Notes: generated by a model not told the origin, from the letters alone. A DNA stretch of 64,000 nucleotides from Macrostomum lignano (GCA_002269645.1 NIVC01000414.1:560595-624594); one strand, 5' to 3'. Shown: positions 36,060 through 49,236, counted from the stretch's first letter. A program made the numbers and translations.

Positions 36060-37108
36060 GCCCATCTTGCCCATCATCATCATGTTCGTCTTGCCATCCT
36101 CTCCACACCATCCCAGCTTTGCCATCCCCATCTCACCTGCTGGTTTGCCATCCCCATCTCACCTGCCGGTTTGCCATCCCCATCTCACCTGCCGGTTTGC
36201 CATCCCCATCTCACCTGCTGGTTTGCCATCCCCATCTCACCTGCCAGTTTGCCATCCCCATCTCACCTGCCGGTTTGCCATCCCCATCTCACCTGCCAGT
36301 TTGCCATCCCCATCTCACCTGCCGGTTTGCCATCCCCATCTCACCTGCCGGTTTGCCATCCCCATCTCACCTGCTGGTTTGCCATCCCCATCTCACCTGC
36401 CAGTTTGCCATCCCCATCTCACCTGCCGGTTTGCCATCCCCATCTCACCTGCTGGTTTGCCATCCCTATCTCACCTGCCAGTTTGCCATCCCCATCTCAC
36501 CTGCCAGTTTGTCATCCCCATCTCACCTGCCGGTTTGCCATCCCCATCTCACCTGCCGGTTTGCCATCCCCATCTCACCTGCTGGTTTGCCATCCCCATC
36601 TCACCTGCCAGTTTGCCATCCCCATCTCACCTGCTGGTTTGCCATCCCTATCTCACCTGCCAGTTTGCCATCCCCATCTCACCTGCTGGTTTGCCATCCC
36701 CATCTCACCTGCCGGTTTGCCATCCCCATCTCACCTGCCAGTTTGCCATCCCCATCTCACCTGCCGGTTTGCCATCCCCATCTCACCTGCCAGTTTGCCA
36801 TCCCCATCTCACCTGCCGGTTTGCCATCCCCATCTCACCTGCCGGTTTGCCATCCCCATCTCACCTGCCAGTTTGCCATCCCCATCTCACCTGCCAGTTT
36901 GCCATCCCCATCTCACCTGCCGGTTTGCCATCCCCATCTTACCTGCTGGATTGCCATCCCCATCTCACCTGCCGGTTTGCCATCCCCATCTCACCTGCTG
37001 GTTTGCCATCCCCATCTCACCTGCTGGTTTGCCATCCCCATCTCACCTGCTGGTTTGCCATCCCCATCTCACCTGTAGGTTTGCCATCCCCATCTCACCT
37101 GCTGGTTT
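36060..37108 (+). repeat. 26-bp minisatellite, copy 2 (left edge of the duplication)
   Basis: Same unit as 18225-18900. Confidence 0.97.
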
Positions 37109-37160
37109 AAGAGCTCAAACCTGATCCCCTATTCAATTCAGATTCCACCAACCCCCGCAG

Positions 37161-40100
37161 GTGAAAATCGAGCTGCCAATCAGCACGGAGTCGCCGCTGA
37201 CGCAGAGCACGGGCTGGGTGAAGGCCAGCGCCAATCCCAGCTACGATTTCGCCACCCGCTTCGAGGTGAACCGCAAAGCGCGCAGCACCGCTCGGGTGTT
37301 CAAAATTCGCGGACTGAAATTCGATGTCATGTACCGGCGTGGCTTTCTGAAGAAGGACGGCCTGCTGGGGTCGGCCACAATGAAGCTGGAGGACCTGGAG
37401 ACCCAGTGCACCTTGCACCGGGGTATTGATCTCATGGATGGCAGAAAGGCGGTTGGCGGCCGGCTTGAGGTTCAGGTGCGACTGCGCGAGCCGCTGTCCG
37501 GAGCCCAGACTGACCAGGTGAGTCGTTTGCATGAGACATTGAAATAAATTTTACTTAATAGAGCTTTCACAAGATATATAGAGGCTTTGACAGAGTTGCT
37601 TATTGGAAGCTCGCAGCCTAGTGGTTAAAGCGTCGGACTTACGACTTGAAAGATCCGAGGTTCTATTCTCGATCCCACTGGAACAATTCGTGTCTTTGAG
37701 CAAGCAAAGACCACTTAAATCTCTGCATTGCTTCAGTTTACCCAGCAGTAAAATGGGTGGCAGCATTCGCTGGGGTAATTGGGGGTGTGTGGTGACCCCC
37801 CCCCCTCCAGTCCTTGGACTGAACAGCCGTACGCAGCCTTCAGATGCGCTGAGCTCTCGGTTGCACATCTGCTTTTAGGGCAGGTGTAATCAATTATTGT
37901 ATATTATCAAATATTAAAGCATTCTACTTTCGAATTGAGCCTCGGAAAACCGGCAATTTAACACTTAGTGAGGGAACCAAGCCATTGCAGACTTGCTGCT
38001 TATTGTCTATGGCCCAAATGGAGGTCTGTGGAGCGGCCATAGAGTGGTCTAGCGCGACGCTCTGATGTGCCAGGAGCCCAGGCTCGATTCCGAATGCAGT
38101 CAAATTAATTTGGAGCAAAATTGGCTCTGCTTGGGCAATTAACGCCCTTGATTACCAAGTTAGGGCCGTTGTGCACTCCTATCTGAGTGCGTGCCTGTGC
38201 GTATGACTGCGCACTTATCTGCGCGTTTGTGTGCCTACTCAGGGGAGTCGGCAGAATGAGCAGTAATGCCCCTCGTCGGTTGTGCGACAATTTCGCTTGA
38301 AGTGCGCCAAGCTGCGCACAGCCCCCTGCCTCTAGTAAAAGCCACTGCTATGCTCACTGAATCCTTCGTCTGACATATTCGTGTTTGTCTGATGAGACCT
38401 GCTATTTCCTATGGGTCGAAAGCTTGCGCAACCGTACGTTGAAATGGTTGATGGTTGACAACGAACAGTCAGTCTCTTCAATAGCTTCATCCCACTAATG
38501 ATTGCTCCAGGCATTTTATTTAACGCACTCTTCATCCGACAGAAATAATAAGAAAATGATGTAACCGCCCTTGTCGCCTGTCCGCTCCGTAGAGAGACGA
38601 ACGCATGGCTAGAGGGGCAATGACCGTAGGCTGCCTATGACCGGGCAATGACCTGACGGACCTCCAGCACCAGACTGTCCCGCCCACATGATTAGTAGCT
38701 TTGGTAGCGCTTCGTGACCAGAGGGCCAAGGACCCACATGGACCCCACCTGTAGCCAAGGTGCAATAGTTGGTCACTCGGTCATGGTATGACCGAGTGGC
38801 TGCCACCACTCTATGTGACCTGGCGCACCTGGATCTTTCTACCAGACCTCTCGAGGCTAGAGCCCCGCCTGGATTGGTTACCAGGGGATTTAGGCTAACA
38901 GGGGAGACGCATGCAGCCGAGTACAGGGACTCTGCTTGGGGCATGATCGGGAACTCTGGGCTCAATCCTGGAGGATTTCTCAGCAGGGGATCCTTTGTGG
39001 CTGTGAGCGAGGCTGACTTGCGACTTTGATTACTAAGAGTAGTATGAGGCGAACATGTACTGTCTACAGTTTAGATTGCTCAGGGCGAAGGGACGCGTTA
39101 GCATGGGGTTGCAACCTTCCTACTGCCATTCTGTGCCAAGACTCGCTAATCCCTCTACTGCACGCACACGCGGCCCCGCAGCACGCACTCACAGGCGGGC
39201 TTTGCACGGGGAGAGGCCATTAGCTTACCCAAACTTCCTTATGCTTTGCCACCCCGGGAGAAAGGCTTAGCAAGCCATGAGTGAAATGATGGTGAAAGAT
39301 TGAATAATGATGAAGTTAGTTAATAGTTAATAATTAGGCCCTTAGGCAAATAAGCAGGCAATTAGGCGGCTTCACTATTGAGTAAAATACAGCAAAAGAT
39401 ACGGTATCACAATTGGCTCAGCTCTCTAATCAGACAATGGAAAATAGGCAAACCCCGGATAAGCAAAGGCAATTAGAGCACAAATTAGTAGTAGGAACTT
39501 ACCGGCAGCTGCACAGAGAGAGAGAGAGGCGGAGTGACCGAGGGCGGCTGTAGGCTGCAGTCAGGCAGACGGTGAAGCGGCGATGCGCTGGAGCGACGAG
39601 GCGCTGATGTAGATCAGGCGATGCTGATGATGCTGGGCGGTATCAGACCGCTGGCCGATAGGCGAGCTCACTTGGGGAGCTAAGGATGACTTGGCGGTAA
39701 CAGACCGCGGACCGGCAGGGATTCGTCTTATAGACGAATGGGTCAGAACTCAATCTGACAGCAAGTCCAAAGAAGGACGAGGAGAGGAACAGAGATAAAC
39801 TCAGTTGAGTATTCTCATGCCGAAATCGCTTCCTTTTATAGACCTCACAGCCGCCTCCTCAAGGTCGTTACCATGGCTCCCTCTCTCTGATTGGCTGCCG
39901 GCAGAATGACGTCAGAATGAGTCATGATGAGAAGCATGAGACCGGCATAGCAACATGAGAAATCGGGAAATTGCGCAATCCGGAGGTGGGGTGGGGGGAT
40001 AATTGGCGCAGCGGGTGGTCGCGAAAGTGTTGCGCAAGCAAACATTGAGAACAATAGGGCTGGGGTCGAGAACAAAGGAATTGGAAATCGGGGATAATTG

Positions 40101-43100
40101 GGGAAAACTGAGAACAATGGAAAAGTAAACATTGGAGAAAAGGTGATAATTAGGTGCGAAAACGAGAACAAAAGAAAGAGAAAATCGGAGAAAATGTGAT
40201 AATTGGTGGGGGTCGAGAGAACAAAAGAAGCAAAAACGAGAACAATAGAAGCGGAGGTGGGGTGGGTGTCACATGAGAAATTTGGGAAGGAGAACAATAG
40301 CGTGAGAAAAGGTTGCGCAAGAGAGGGGGATGAGTCATCGATGAGTCACCGAGGGGGAGAAGGGGTCACACGACTTGCGTCACCGTTTGGGAGTTTGAGA
40401 GGGGATGGGGAGACGGTGAGCACACAAAGTACTGTAAGTAGACACAGGGAAAGAGGGGACAGCGCAGGAAAAGAGTGCAGAGGGAGACAAAAAAAAGGAG
40501 GAGGTAGAGAAAGTACAGGAAGAATAGGGCGGGAACAGAAGAGATAGGGTAGAGGGGGAGGTACAGAAAGGGGTAGGGGCTCCGGAAAGGCAGGTGTGGC
40601 GCAGGAGAGACGGGACCAAGGCAGCAGGAGGGGTGCAGCAGAGCGGGAGTCTCCAGGCCCGGTCGGAGACCTGGCCGAGTCTCGACAGCTCTGTGCAGAG
40701 GGTGCACGGGATAGGAGGCACTTTCGAAAAAGTTCCCATGCCCTATCCCGCGACCAGAGCGTGGTTACATCAAAAAGAACAACACAAACAAGTGATTTGT
40801 TGCTGTTGACAGTTGAAGTTCAAATTCTGGAAACTATTAGCTTTATTTTAAACTTAGCTTTTTGAAAGGAATTATAATAGAGATTTCAAAATTTAAAAAG
40901 AAAATAATTTTGAAAATTAAAAACTTACTTTGCGGACTTAGCTCCTATTTTAAAAATTTGATAAAAAATATTTTCTGGGCAACTGTTGCATGTCTGTGTG
41001 AAGAACAATTTCTGTTTTATAGACCAGTTTGTTTTGTCAAGTTCGTCGATAAACTCGCGACTTATTGAACGACATCTCGAGCTGCTTGCTGCAGAGTCGC
41101 CGATTCGGGCACTCAAGCCAGCTGTAGCATGAGTCGAATGCTCTTCAGTGTAAACACACTGCCACCTGTGGCACCTGTCCAGTAAATATAGTTTAAATTA
41201 TTATTCACTGGAGAGGCGTGATAAATTCCGTTCGGGTTGGACTTTGTGCAGCTTTTAAACCACCAACCGGAGTTGCCACGCGCAGCAGAGCAGGAGCTAC
41301 TGATTTGGTTATTGTCGCGGTCAATTGTGGAGAACTGCTTCCCTTTGTTATCCGCAAGCGAGTCGGTGGTCGTGTTGGAGCTGCCGCTCAGGTACGAAGT
41401 GTAGGTCATGGTATAGTTCGTGCTGGCATCGGCCACCGTGAAGCCGGAGTACTCGCAGACGTACAGCTCATCCGACCAGGTGACGGCCTCGACTCGCAGA
41501 AGCTTCGGCGAGCTTCCGGTCAGCTGGTGAATTTTTCTCAGACCTGAAAATGTATTTGATATGACACCTTAACTATGGCATGTATTCCTTTCTGGTGACA
41601 ATCCATTACTGCTCACCAATCCAGAAGTCGGTCTCATCTCCAAAGCCGTCCTCATACTCAGTCCATCCGCGACCGAAGCTGAGCAGTCCCTTCGATCGGT
41701 GTTGAATGATTTTGAATGTTCGGCCTTCGATTTGAACTGGGTCTTCTGAAAAATAATCGCAATCAATTCTCTGTTGTCATTGAATTCTTTTCGAACTCAT
41801 TCGTTAGTTGCCGACAGAGAATAGCTGTAATATCTTGAGCAGTCTACATGTAACTGTGCTCAAAAATATAACTTTTGGTTGGTACACTCATTTTAAGTTG
41901 CTATTAAGTATTCTAAAATATCACAGTTGTGGCGGATAATGACATACACGTACTCTTAGTAAGGTGAACATTAATCAACATATGGTTGCTAAGTTTGTGC
42001 ACAAATTAACAGCTATTTTCTGTTTGGAAAACGATTGGTCTCAAGTGATTTGGTTAAATAAGCAAAGTAAAGCGTAGCCAAACTTAACAGCCATCGCATT
42101 CAGCTTCTTACGAGTGCTAGCAGCTTTCAAAGGCGACAGCGGAGCAGCCCTTCAGGAATTGCAGCTTGCATTTCAGCGCGCACTCGGTCAGGCTGCCACC
42201 AGACGCTACCGTCGTTGGAGTAGATGTTGTCTGGGTAGCCTCCTCGGTGTAGAAAACTGCAATGAAACATTTTGCGCATCAACTTGACATGTACGAGTAT
42301 TGATTAAAGATATACGAGTTCTTAAAGAAGACAGACTGATTTGACAAAGCAACGTACCATTCTCGGCGCTGACAACAGTCAGCAGGCACAGAGAGAATCC
42401 AACAGCTAGTAGGTAGTGAGGCATGATCTCGAATTTGCTCAGCAAGAGTGGTTAAACTCCATCCCTATTCGCGCCATCGTAGGTTCTTTTTATGCTCGTA
42501 AATTGCGTGACAAAACTTTCCCATAGTTACCAGGGCCTGTGGGCGGGGCCTTCTGGTATGCGAGGCTGAGCGCGGGTTAGGCTTTGAGTGGCGGTTAGTA
42601 ACAGACAATGCGCCAACCAGCTGCATGCATGCTCTACTCTTGACTTCTTTCCTACCCTCACGGTTAACGCATTCCCATGGCTCTGCCTCTTCATCTGTTT
42701 TTTCGCATTCTGCAAAGTCTGCAGTCCTGCATGACTGTCTTACTGGCTTGAAACTTCCCAACACCAGCTAGAGACTTTTGACCGCCACCCACACAGCATG
42801 TGTGCAGCAATAGTTGCTTTATTAAGTCTTTGCAGAAGCTCCGCAAAGTAGTAGAATCCCAAGTGACAATCCTTGCAATATTTTCATCGATCGACAAGCA
42901 GCCGGGAAACTGCATATTTACTGAAGCATTATATTCCATCAGAGGCTCTATTCAGCGCTTCAACTTATGGCTAAACAGTTGGTTTCCCACTGCTTGCATT
43001 TAGAGGCTGAGGGGAAAATTCTAAAATATGAGTGCATCGCTTTACTTGCCAGCGTACAATACGAAGTATTTGCCTCTGGAATTAGAAAAATTGTGAGGGA

Positions 43101-44081
43101 TTTCGATGCCATAGTCACATTTGCTTGAATCGTGAGCATAAATGAAAAACAACTCCAAGCAACAAGTGCTTGGCGTTAAACGACCTCTTAACTGCGAAAT
43201 CTACGAAAATGAGATGTTTTCGAAAGGGTTATTACTCAATATTCATCTTCCAAGGTAATTTATTTAACGCATAATGATAACTAGTGATAATAATATTTGA
43301 CTACACCTGCCCTGATAGGCAGATGTGCAAACGACAGCTCAGCCTGCTATGAAGGCTGAAGGCTGCGTACGGCTGTTCAGTCCAAGGACTGGCGGGTACG
43401 CTCGTAGGGGGTCACCACACACCCTCAATTACCCCAGCTAATGCCGGCACCCATTTTACAGCTGAGTCAACTGAATCAATGCAGAGTTAAGTGTCTTGCT
43501 CGTGGACACAAATTGTTGTGAGTAGGATCGGGAATCGAACCCCCGACTTTGAAGTCGTGAGTCGGACGCTCTAACCACTAGGCTACAACCCAGTCATGGA
43601 TTGTTAAACTCAACAACCCCTAGATCTATGCCATCCCTCACTCCCCGGTCCTCAGGTCCGTGAGCAGTGGCTGCTAATTGAGCACACCAACCAGGAGCTG
43701 CCGCCAAGCCGCCAGGCATCGGCTAGCAGAGCAGGCGGCAGTCGGGCTGGCCGTCCCCAGGGTTCAGTTCCAGAGAGCAGCGCCTACGTGCTGCAGTACG
43801 AGATCAGCCTGCTCAAGCCGCACGCTGGCACGAACTCGAAAGCTGCCGAAGCAGTCAGAGGCCTTGAGCAGCGCCTCGCCCAGCACAAGCAGCTGCTGGC
43901 CAACTGTGGCGAGGCTGAGAAGCGGCAGTACTGCTCAGTGCTGCAGCAGCTGTCGGCCACCTATGCTCAGCACGCCAAATCGGCTTTGCAGGAGAAGGAC
44001 AGGGGCAAGGCTGAGAAGTTTTTTAAAAAGAAGAAGGAGGCGGACAGGGAGTTTCAGGATGTCAGTTCACGGTTGCGGTGA
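37161..44081 (+). CDS. CC2D1: Duplicated CC2D1 terminal exons (37161-37517 and 43656-44081); exons 1-4 are not duplicated
   Basis: Same lengths (357 and 426 nt) and splice sites as 18969-19325 and 27478-27903; 16 substitutions by eye, 13 synonymous. Confidence 0.75.
37603..37905 (+). mobile_element. SINE family A, duplicate of 19413-19712
   Basis: Near-identical sequence in the equivalent position. Confidence 0.82.
38030..38335 (+). mobile_element. SINE family B, duplicate of 19840-20160
   Basis: Near-identical sequence in the equivalent position. Confidence 0.7.
38383..38432 (+). ncRNA. Minimal hammerhead core, duplicate copy
   Basis: CTGATGAGACCTGCTATTTCCTATGGGTCGAAAGCTT identical to 20206-20242. 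Confidence 0.5.
38557..40772 (-). mobile_element. 2.2-kb solo-LTR-like insertion found only in copy 2
   Basis: Ends TGATGTAACC...GGTTACATCA with AAAA on both flanks; absent at the equivalent site ~20400; TATAAAAG on the minus strand at 39833-39840; no convincing ORF. Confidence 0.55.
41113..42424 (-). pseudogene. Duplicate PAN-FReD gene with a net 74-bp deletion in the PAN exon; exons 42358-42424, 42112-42256, 41617-41745, 41113-41543
   Basis: Exon 2 is 145 nt versus 219 nt in the copy at 21745-21963; the frameshift gives GCC TTT GAA AGC TGC TAG (stop at 42117-42119). Confidence 0.8.
43284..43591 (-). mobile_element. SINE family A, well-preserved copy
   Basis: GGGTTGTAGCCTAGTGGTTAGAGCGTCCGACTCACGACTTCAAAGTCGGGGGTTCGATTCCC tRNA-like head plus CORE-like body. 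Confidence 0.85.
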
Positions 44082-45194
44082 CTGCAAAGTTTAACAAATT
44101 CGGGTCTTGTCGACTCTTTGGGTGGGCGGAGCAAGTCATGGAAAGTGGAAGTTTGAAGTCTTGACTAATTAAATATTTGGGCCAAAAGTCTTCTGAACTG
44201 ATCCACAATGGCTTCTGATTGCCAGGTAATTTTTGTTTTGATAATCTTAATTTCGTATGAAATGTCATCTATGCTACTTGAAGTAGGGGGAATCGCTCTG
44301 CTTAACGAATAATGCTATTGGCTGTTAATTGACTCCGCGCTTACAAAACTATTTTAAGCAAATGTTAATAATATCGATGTTTATTTATTTAGCTTTCATA
44401 TTTGGATGATTAAAATTCAGACTGAAAGTATTTCATATATGAACATGTTAATAAAGCAACTAATACTTTGTCTATATTCAGCTATGAATTCTAATTGGTG
44501 AATAAGCTTTTCCTGTTTATCAACTGGTTGTCTCTCCTTTTTAAATGGTTTCTGCAGTTTTTCTACGCATTTAATTGTATTTAAAATGACCGAAGAAATC
44601 CAATTAACAATTTAGAGAATAAAACTAACAGAACATTACAAATTGGCTTAACAGTTTTTGTTAAAAGAAAGCCTCCGTAAAATCATGGAACAAAATCAAA
44701 TCTAGTCTTTCCTTAAGTGGTATGCATGTAAAGTCCCAAAATTTTAAAATATTCTGCAGATCACTAGAGGTAAGACCGAGGATGTCTTACGAGTAATCAT
44801 TGGATTGCAGGCTTCAGATTGCTTGCTGTGCGGGTTACCAGCCTGCCACGTATCAATGACATCTTCACAAAGTGCAATGCGGCATGAATCTCTGATTATT
44901 TTCAGACAATGGTTAAAGAAATTCATGCACTAACTCCATTGTCTTCTCTAAATAGTTTTAAATAACCGCTACAGGTATATTTGCAGCGTACATAGGCGTA
45001 CTAACCGCGGTCGACTCCGCTAGTCCAGGCCTACTAGTCCAGCGATTGCTTAGATGGACTACGAGCGTGTTGCAGTACACGCAGAAAACAGATCAGTTGC
45101 GGACTTAGACTAAAATTCTACTGAATCAACAGCTGAAAAATTAAGGACACATTTATGCATACTCAGCAACAGCCAACCCCCCCCCCACTACAAA

Positions 45195-45505
45195 ATGAGC
45201 GCCTCCCTGCGCGATGCAAAAAGGATTGCCTGGATGCGGCGCCATGCAAAATGATTGCCTGCGGCGCCAAAATGTATGCCTGCCTGCGGCGCCAAAATGA
45301 GTGCCTGCCTGCGGCGCCAAAATGAGTGCCTGCCAGCGGCGCCAAAATGAGTGCCTGCCTGCGGCGCCAAAATGAGTGCCTGCCTGCGGCGCCAATATGA
45401 GTGCCTGCCTGCGGCGCCAAAATGAGTGCCTGCGGCGCCAATATGAGTGCCTCCCTGCGGCGCCAAAATGAGTGCCTGCCTGCGGCGCCAATATGAGTGC
45501 CTACG
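45195..45505 (+). repeat. Short version of the 25/21-bp GGCGCC satellite
   Basis: About a dozen units at the site equivalent to 29485-30925. Confidence 0.93.
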
Positions 45506-46119
45506 GTGCCGAAATGAGCGCTAACGATACCGATTCTCAAAATAATGCGCATTTACGAATTAAGCCACACGACTGGCAGTCAGAGTTTCTCTAGAAATAA
45601 ACCCCATCGCAACGACGAGTCACTCGTGGTTCCTGCACACGATACTGAACTAGCATTAAATGCATTGTTTAACTTTTTTGCCGCGTGACAGTTTGAGTTG
45701 GAGGTGGCTTGGTTAAGCTATTTAATATATTTACCACGGCATTTATGTATTGCAACGTAATAGTCGAACTATTCGTAGTCTTTGATCGCCAGGAACTCGA
45801 CAGTAATAACCAAACAGCAAACAGAATTTGCCTCTGTTTCTAGATCATTTTGCTTATGCCGTTGATAGGTCAAGTTTAAAGACTTTATCAGTTTATTTTT
45901 ATAGAACTTCTTGCATTCAAGAAAACTGAATGGTAATAAAAACCTAATACAGGCAAATAGGTTAAGATGATAGAACAGCTAAAACAGATAAAAAAGGATG
46001 AGTTGAGTAAATTTAAGCTTGCCTTGGATATATGTCCTTTATTTTCGCCTTGTATATTCTGCACAGACACTCTTCTTGATTCAGTGGAATAGTATCAATA
46101 AAATGTATTCCATGCAAGC

Positions 46120-46750
46120 CAGGACTGGAGTGCTGTCTATGGCAGCTCGGAATATGGAGATTGCTGTCTATGGCAGCTCGGAATATGGAGAGTGCTGTCT
46201 ATGGCATCTCGGAATATGGAGATTGCTGTCTATGGCATCTCGGAATATGGAGATTGCTGTCTATGGCATCTCGGAATATGGAGAGTGCTGTCTATGGCAG
46301 CTCGGAATATGGAGAGTGCTGTCTATGGGAGCGGGGAATATGGAGAGTGCTGTCTATGGCAGCGTAGAGGATATGGAGAGTGCTGTCTATGGGAGCGGGG
46401 AATATGGAGAGTGCTGTCTATGGCAGCGTAGAGGATATGGAGAGTGCTGTCTATGGGAGCGGGGAATATGGAGAGTGCTGTCTATGGCAGCGTAGAGAAT
46501 ATGGAGAGTGCTGTCTATGGCAGCGTAGAGAATATGGAGAGTGCTGTCTATGGCAGCTCGGAATATGGAGAGTGCTGTCTATGGGAGCGGGGAATATGGA
46601 GAGTGCTGTCTATGGCAGCGTAGAGGATATGGAGAGTGCTGTCTATGGGAGCGGGGAATATGGAGAGTGCTGTCTATGGCAGCGTAGAGAATATGGAGAG
46701 TGCTGTCTATGGTAGCGGGGAATATGGAGAGTGCTGTCTATGGCAGCGGA
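46120..46750 (+). repeat. 31-bp minisatellite, copy 2
   Basis: Same unit as 31610-32545, with CGTAGAG variants. Confidence 0.95.
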
Positions 46751-48314
46751 GAATACTTACTGAGATTATCTGCTAGCAAAACACTTGCGGGGTAGATTAG
46801 TGGTACAGAGTGGAATACATTAGGCAAAGAACAAGAGAAATTTACATAACGAAAAACTTAGTTTCAGTTTATGGACTTCGGAATCTTGGACGGTTAGCAA
46901 AAATATGAATACGAATTAGAAACGCACGGGTTAGAAAATGATTTTGTCAATAATCAAAATATTATTTGAAAAGCTTACATTTTAAGATTTTTCCACAATG
47001 GAGGCCAAGGTTTTTTAAGTACCGCAGTTGTGATTTTTTGAGAAAGTGAGAAAGCGAGAAGGAACGTTTGTCATACAAAGTGTAGAGGTTCACAGATACA
47101 CAGAAATAGACAGGACAGCAGAAGCTTGTACGTCCGCTCGTATATCGCAAGGACCACTGTATATTAGTATATCATATATGCCACAAGCGCGCAAATGTGT
47201 TTGAAACAAATCGAAACATAACAAGAATTTCATCACAAGTTTAGTTATTCTCCTGTTTAGTCTGATTCTGTAGAATGCGTTCGCATCCGAAATCCCTCCT
47301 CAGGCTTGGAAGCTCAGTCTAAAACCAAGTCAAGTACAGCCATCGTTTATTGATGCGATAAAAACGTAGAAGCACACACATCAAGTCATCATGTGTAGCG
47401 AGGTTTTATACTCAGACAACGTAAATGAACGAAAGAGACCGGTATTATCTACTAGTCTTTGAACCATGCCTCCAAAGTGGTGCCTTACCAACAGCTTTAA
47501 GAGAAGTAGTTGATTTTTTATCACCCAGTGTTTCAGCACGCGCATGCGCTCTCTTCTAGCTATTATCTCAACTTTGCGTGTCAACTTTGCCGGGACATTC
47601 TTGTCTTACTTTTCACACTGTGCCTGCCATAACAGTGCCAAAAACTTACTCTTTTGGTCTGCTAATGCAATCTTCTCGTTACGTTAGCGATAGGGTCTTT
47701 GGAGCATTCAACCAACTTTTGTGTTAGGATTAGGTTCAGCAACCCTACTTTCATAGAACTTCGTTAGATTGGACTTCAGGCGCGTCTTTTGACTCCGCTT
47801 CATCGCCTTTCGTCGCTCAACCTTGATCTTAGGTGTAGTACGAGTATTAACCATACAGCAGGTCGACTCTGGAAGCAATATATACGAGTACTTCGATCAG
47901 CCTGTCGATCTGGTGCCGTCCTCTTTCACCACTTCTAGAGCTCACAGAAAATTCTTCTTTTATGGCGGCATTTTTCAAGTCATGTGAGAGATTTGTCTGA
48001 ATTTAATTTCAGTTATAAAAAATGTATATTTAACGCCGTATATAAAAACTTATAAATCTATAAATAGGAAATATACGCGCACAACTACAATACTGACACT
48101 TTAAGAATGAAAGTACTGAAAAACAGCCGGATATTATAAGTATTAAATTAAGTTTAGGTGAATTTTATGTGATGCTTTACTACTAGTAGGAATATGTGGA
48201 AAATACGTTGACGAAAAAATGAATAAGTACATGTAGATTTTTTATCCATGTGTACTGTATACCGAAAGCTAATAGATTTTAGTCATGACACAGCAGTCCA
48301 CATGAGGTTCTGAC

Positions 48315-48536
48315 CAGTGGCGTAGCCAGGAATTTCAATTGGGGGCGGCGGGGTTGGGCTGGCTGGCCATGCTACTTATGCCATTGCCACTTTTGGCGCC
48401 GCAGGCACTCATTTTGGCGCCGCAGGCACTCATTTTAGCGCCGCAGGCACTCAATTGCCTCATGGTTTTTGGTACCCGCGATTGGGGGGAGGGGGGGGGG
48501 CGCGGCCCCCCGCCCCCCCCCTTGGCTACGCCACTG
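48315..48536. mobile_element. 222-bp hAT-type MITE
   Basis: Perfect 14-bp TIR CAGTGGCGTAGCCA/TGGCTACGCCACTG; 8-bp TSD GTTCTGAC (48307-48314 and 48537-48544); three internal 21-bp GGCGCCGCAGGCACTCA units. Confidence 0.92.
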
Positions 48537-49236
48537 GTTCTGACTCAATGGCTAATACTGTACCAGCTTACGAAAAGTGATGGCTCATGGGTGATCCGGC
48601 CTCAATCTCGGGTAAGCATAGAAATCTCACAGAGGCTTATGTAACTCAGATTACTCACCTACTGACCCACATTGTAGAAAGAATAATATTAGCTGTGAGC
48701 ATTATGACTTACTGTAAGAAGATAACATCGACATTCAATGGGGCTCTGCGTTCTGCGAATGTACAAAGGGTATATGGTTGAGTGCGCGATCGAGGACAGA
48801 GTTAGAATTGATCCCGGAAAGACATTAGACTTGACACACAGAGACACCACTCAACAGCAATGAAAGAGCATCAAGGTACAAAATTACCAAAAAAAAACGG
48901 ACCAGGACGGGAGCCAAGCGACTTAGATTTAATATTATGCATTTTGACTTGACTGCATTTCTTCACTAAATTACTTGTAGTAGACAGTTTCAATAATTTA
49001 TGTTTTAAGTGGACAGTCGTCGATAATTCCGAAGCGTTTTTCAGGTTTGTGGTAGCAGCAGGCTGTTTCGCTGCATATTAGAACCAGGAATGACTGGATG
49101 AAACATCTGCTGCAGCATGTCACCCTAATATTCAACCATATCAGTTCGTTATTCTACAAAATAAACCTGATGATAGGGGCTAGGCGTCAAAATACTTAGA
49201 TGTACGTTTGTTATCAGTTTTTTGTAGAAAGCTTTT

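Noticed and set aside
35854-37124. 319-418 aa CHPHLTC ORFs
   Set aside because: 26-bp minisatellite translation
43520-43591. tRNA-Val gene
   Set aside because: Acceptor stem incomplete and continuous with the SINE body; it is a SINE head
47381-47850. Possible decayed gag-like frame on the minus strand
   Set aside because: Multiple stops and no recognisable motif
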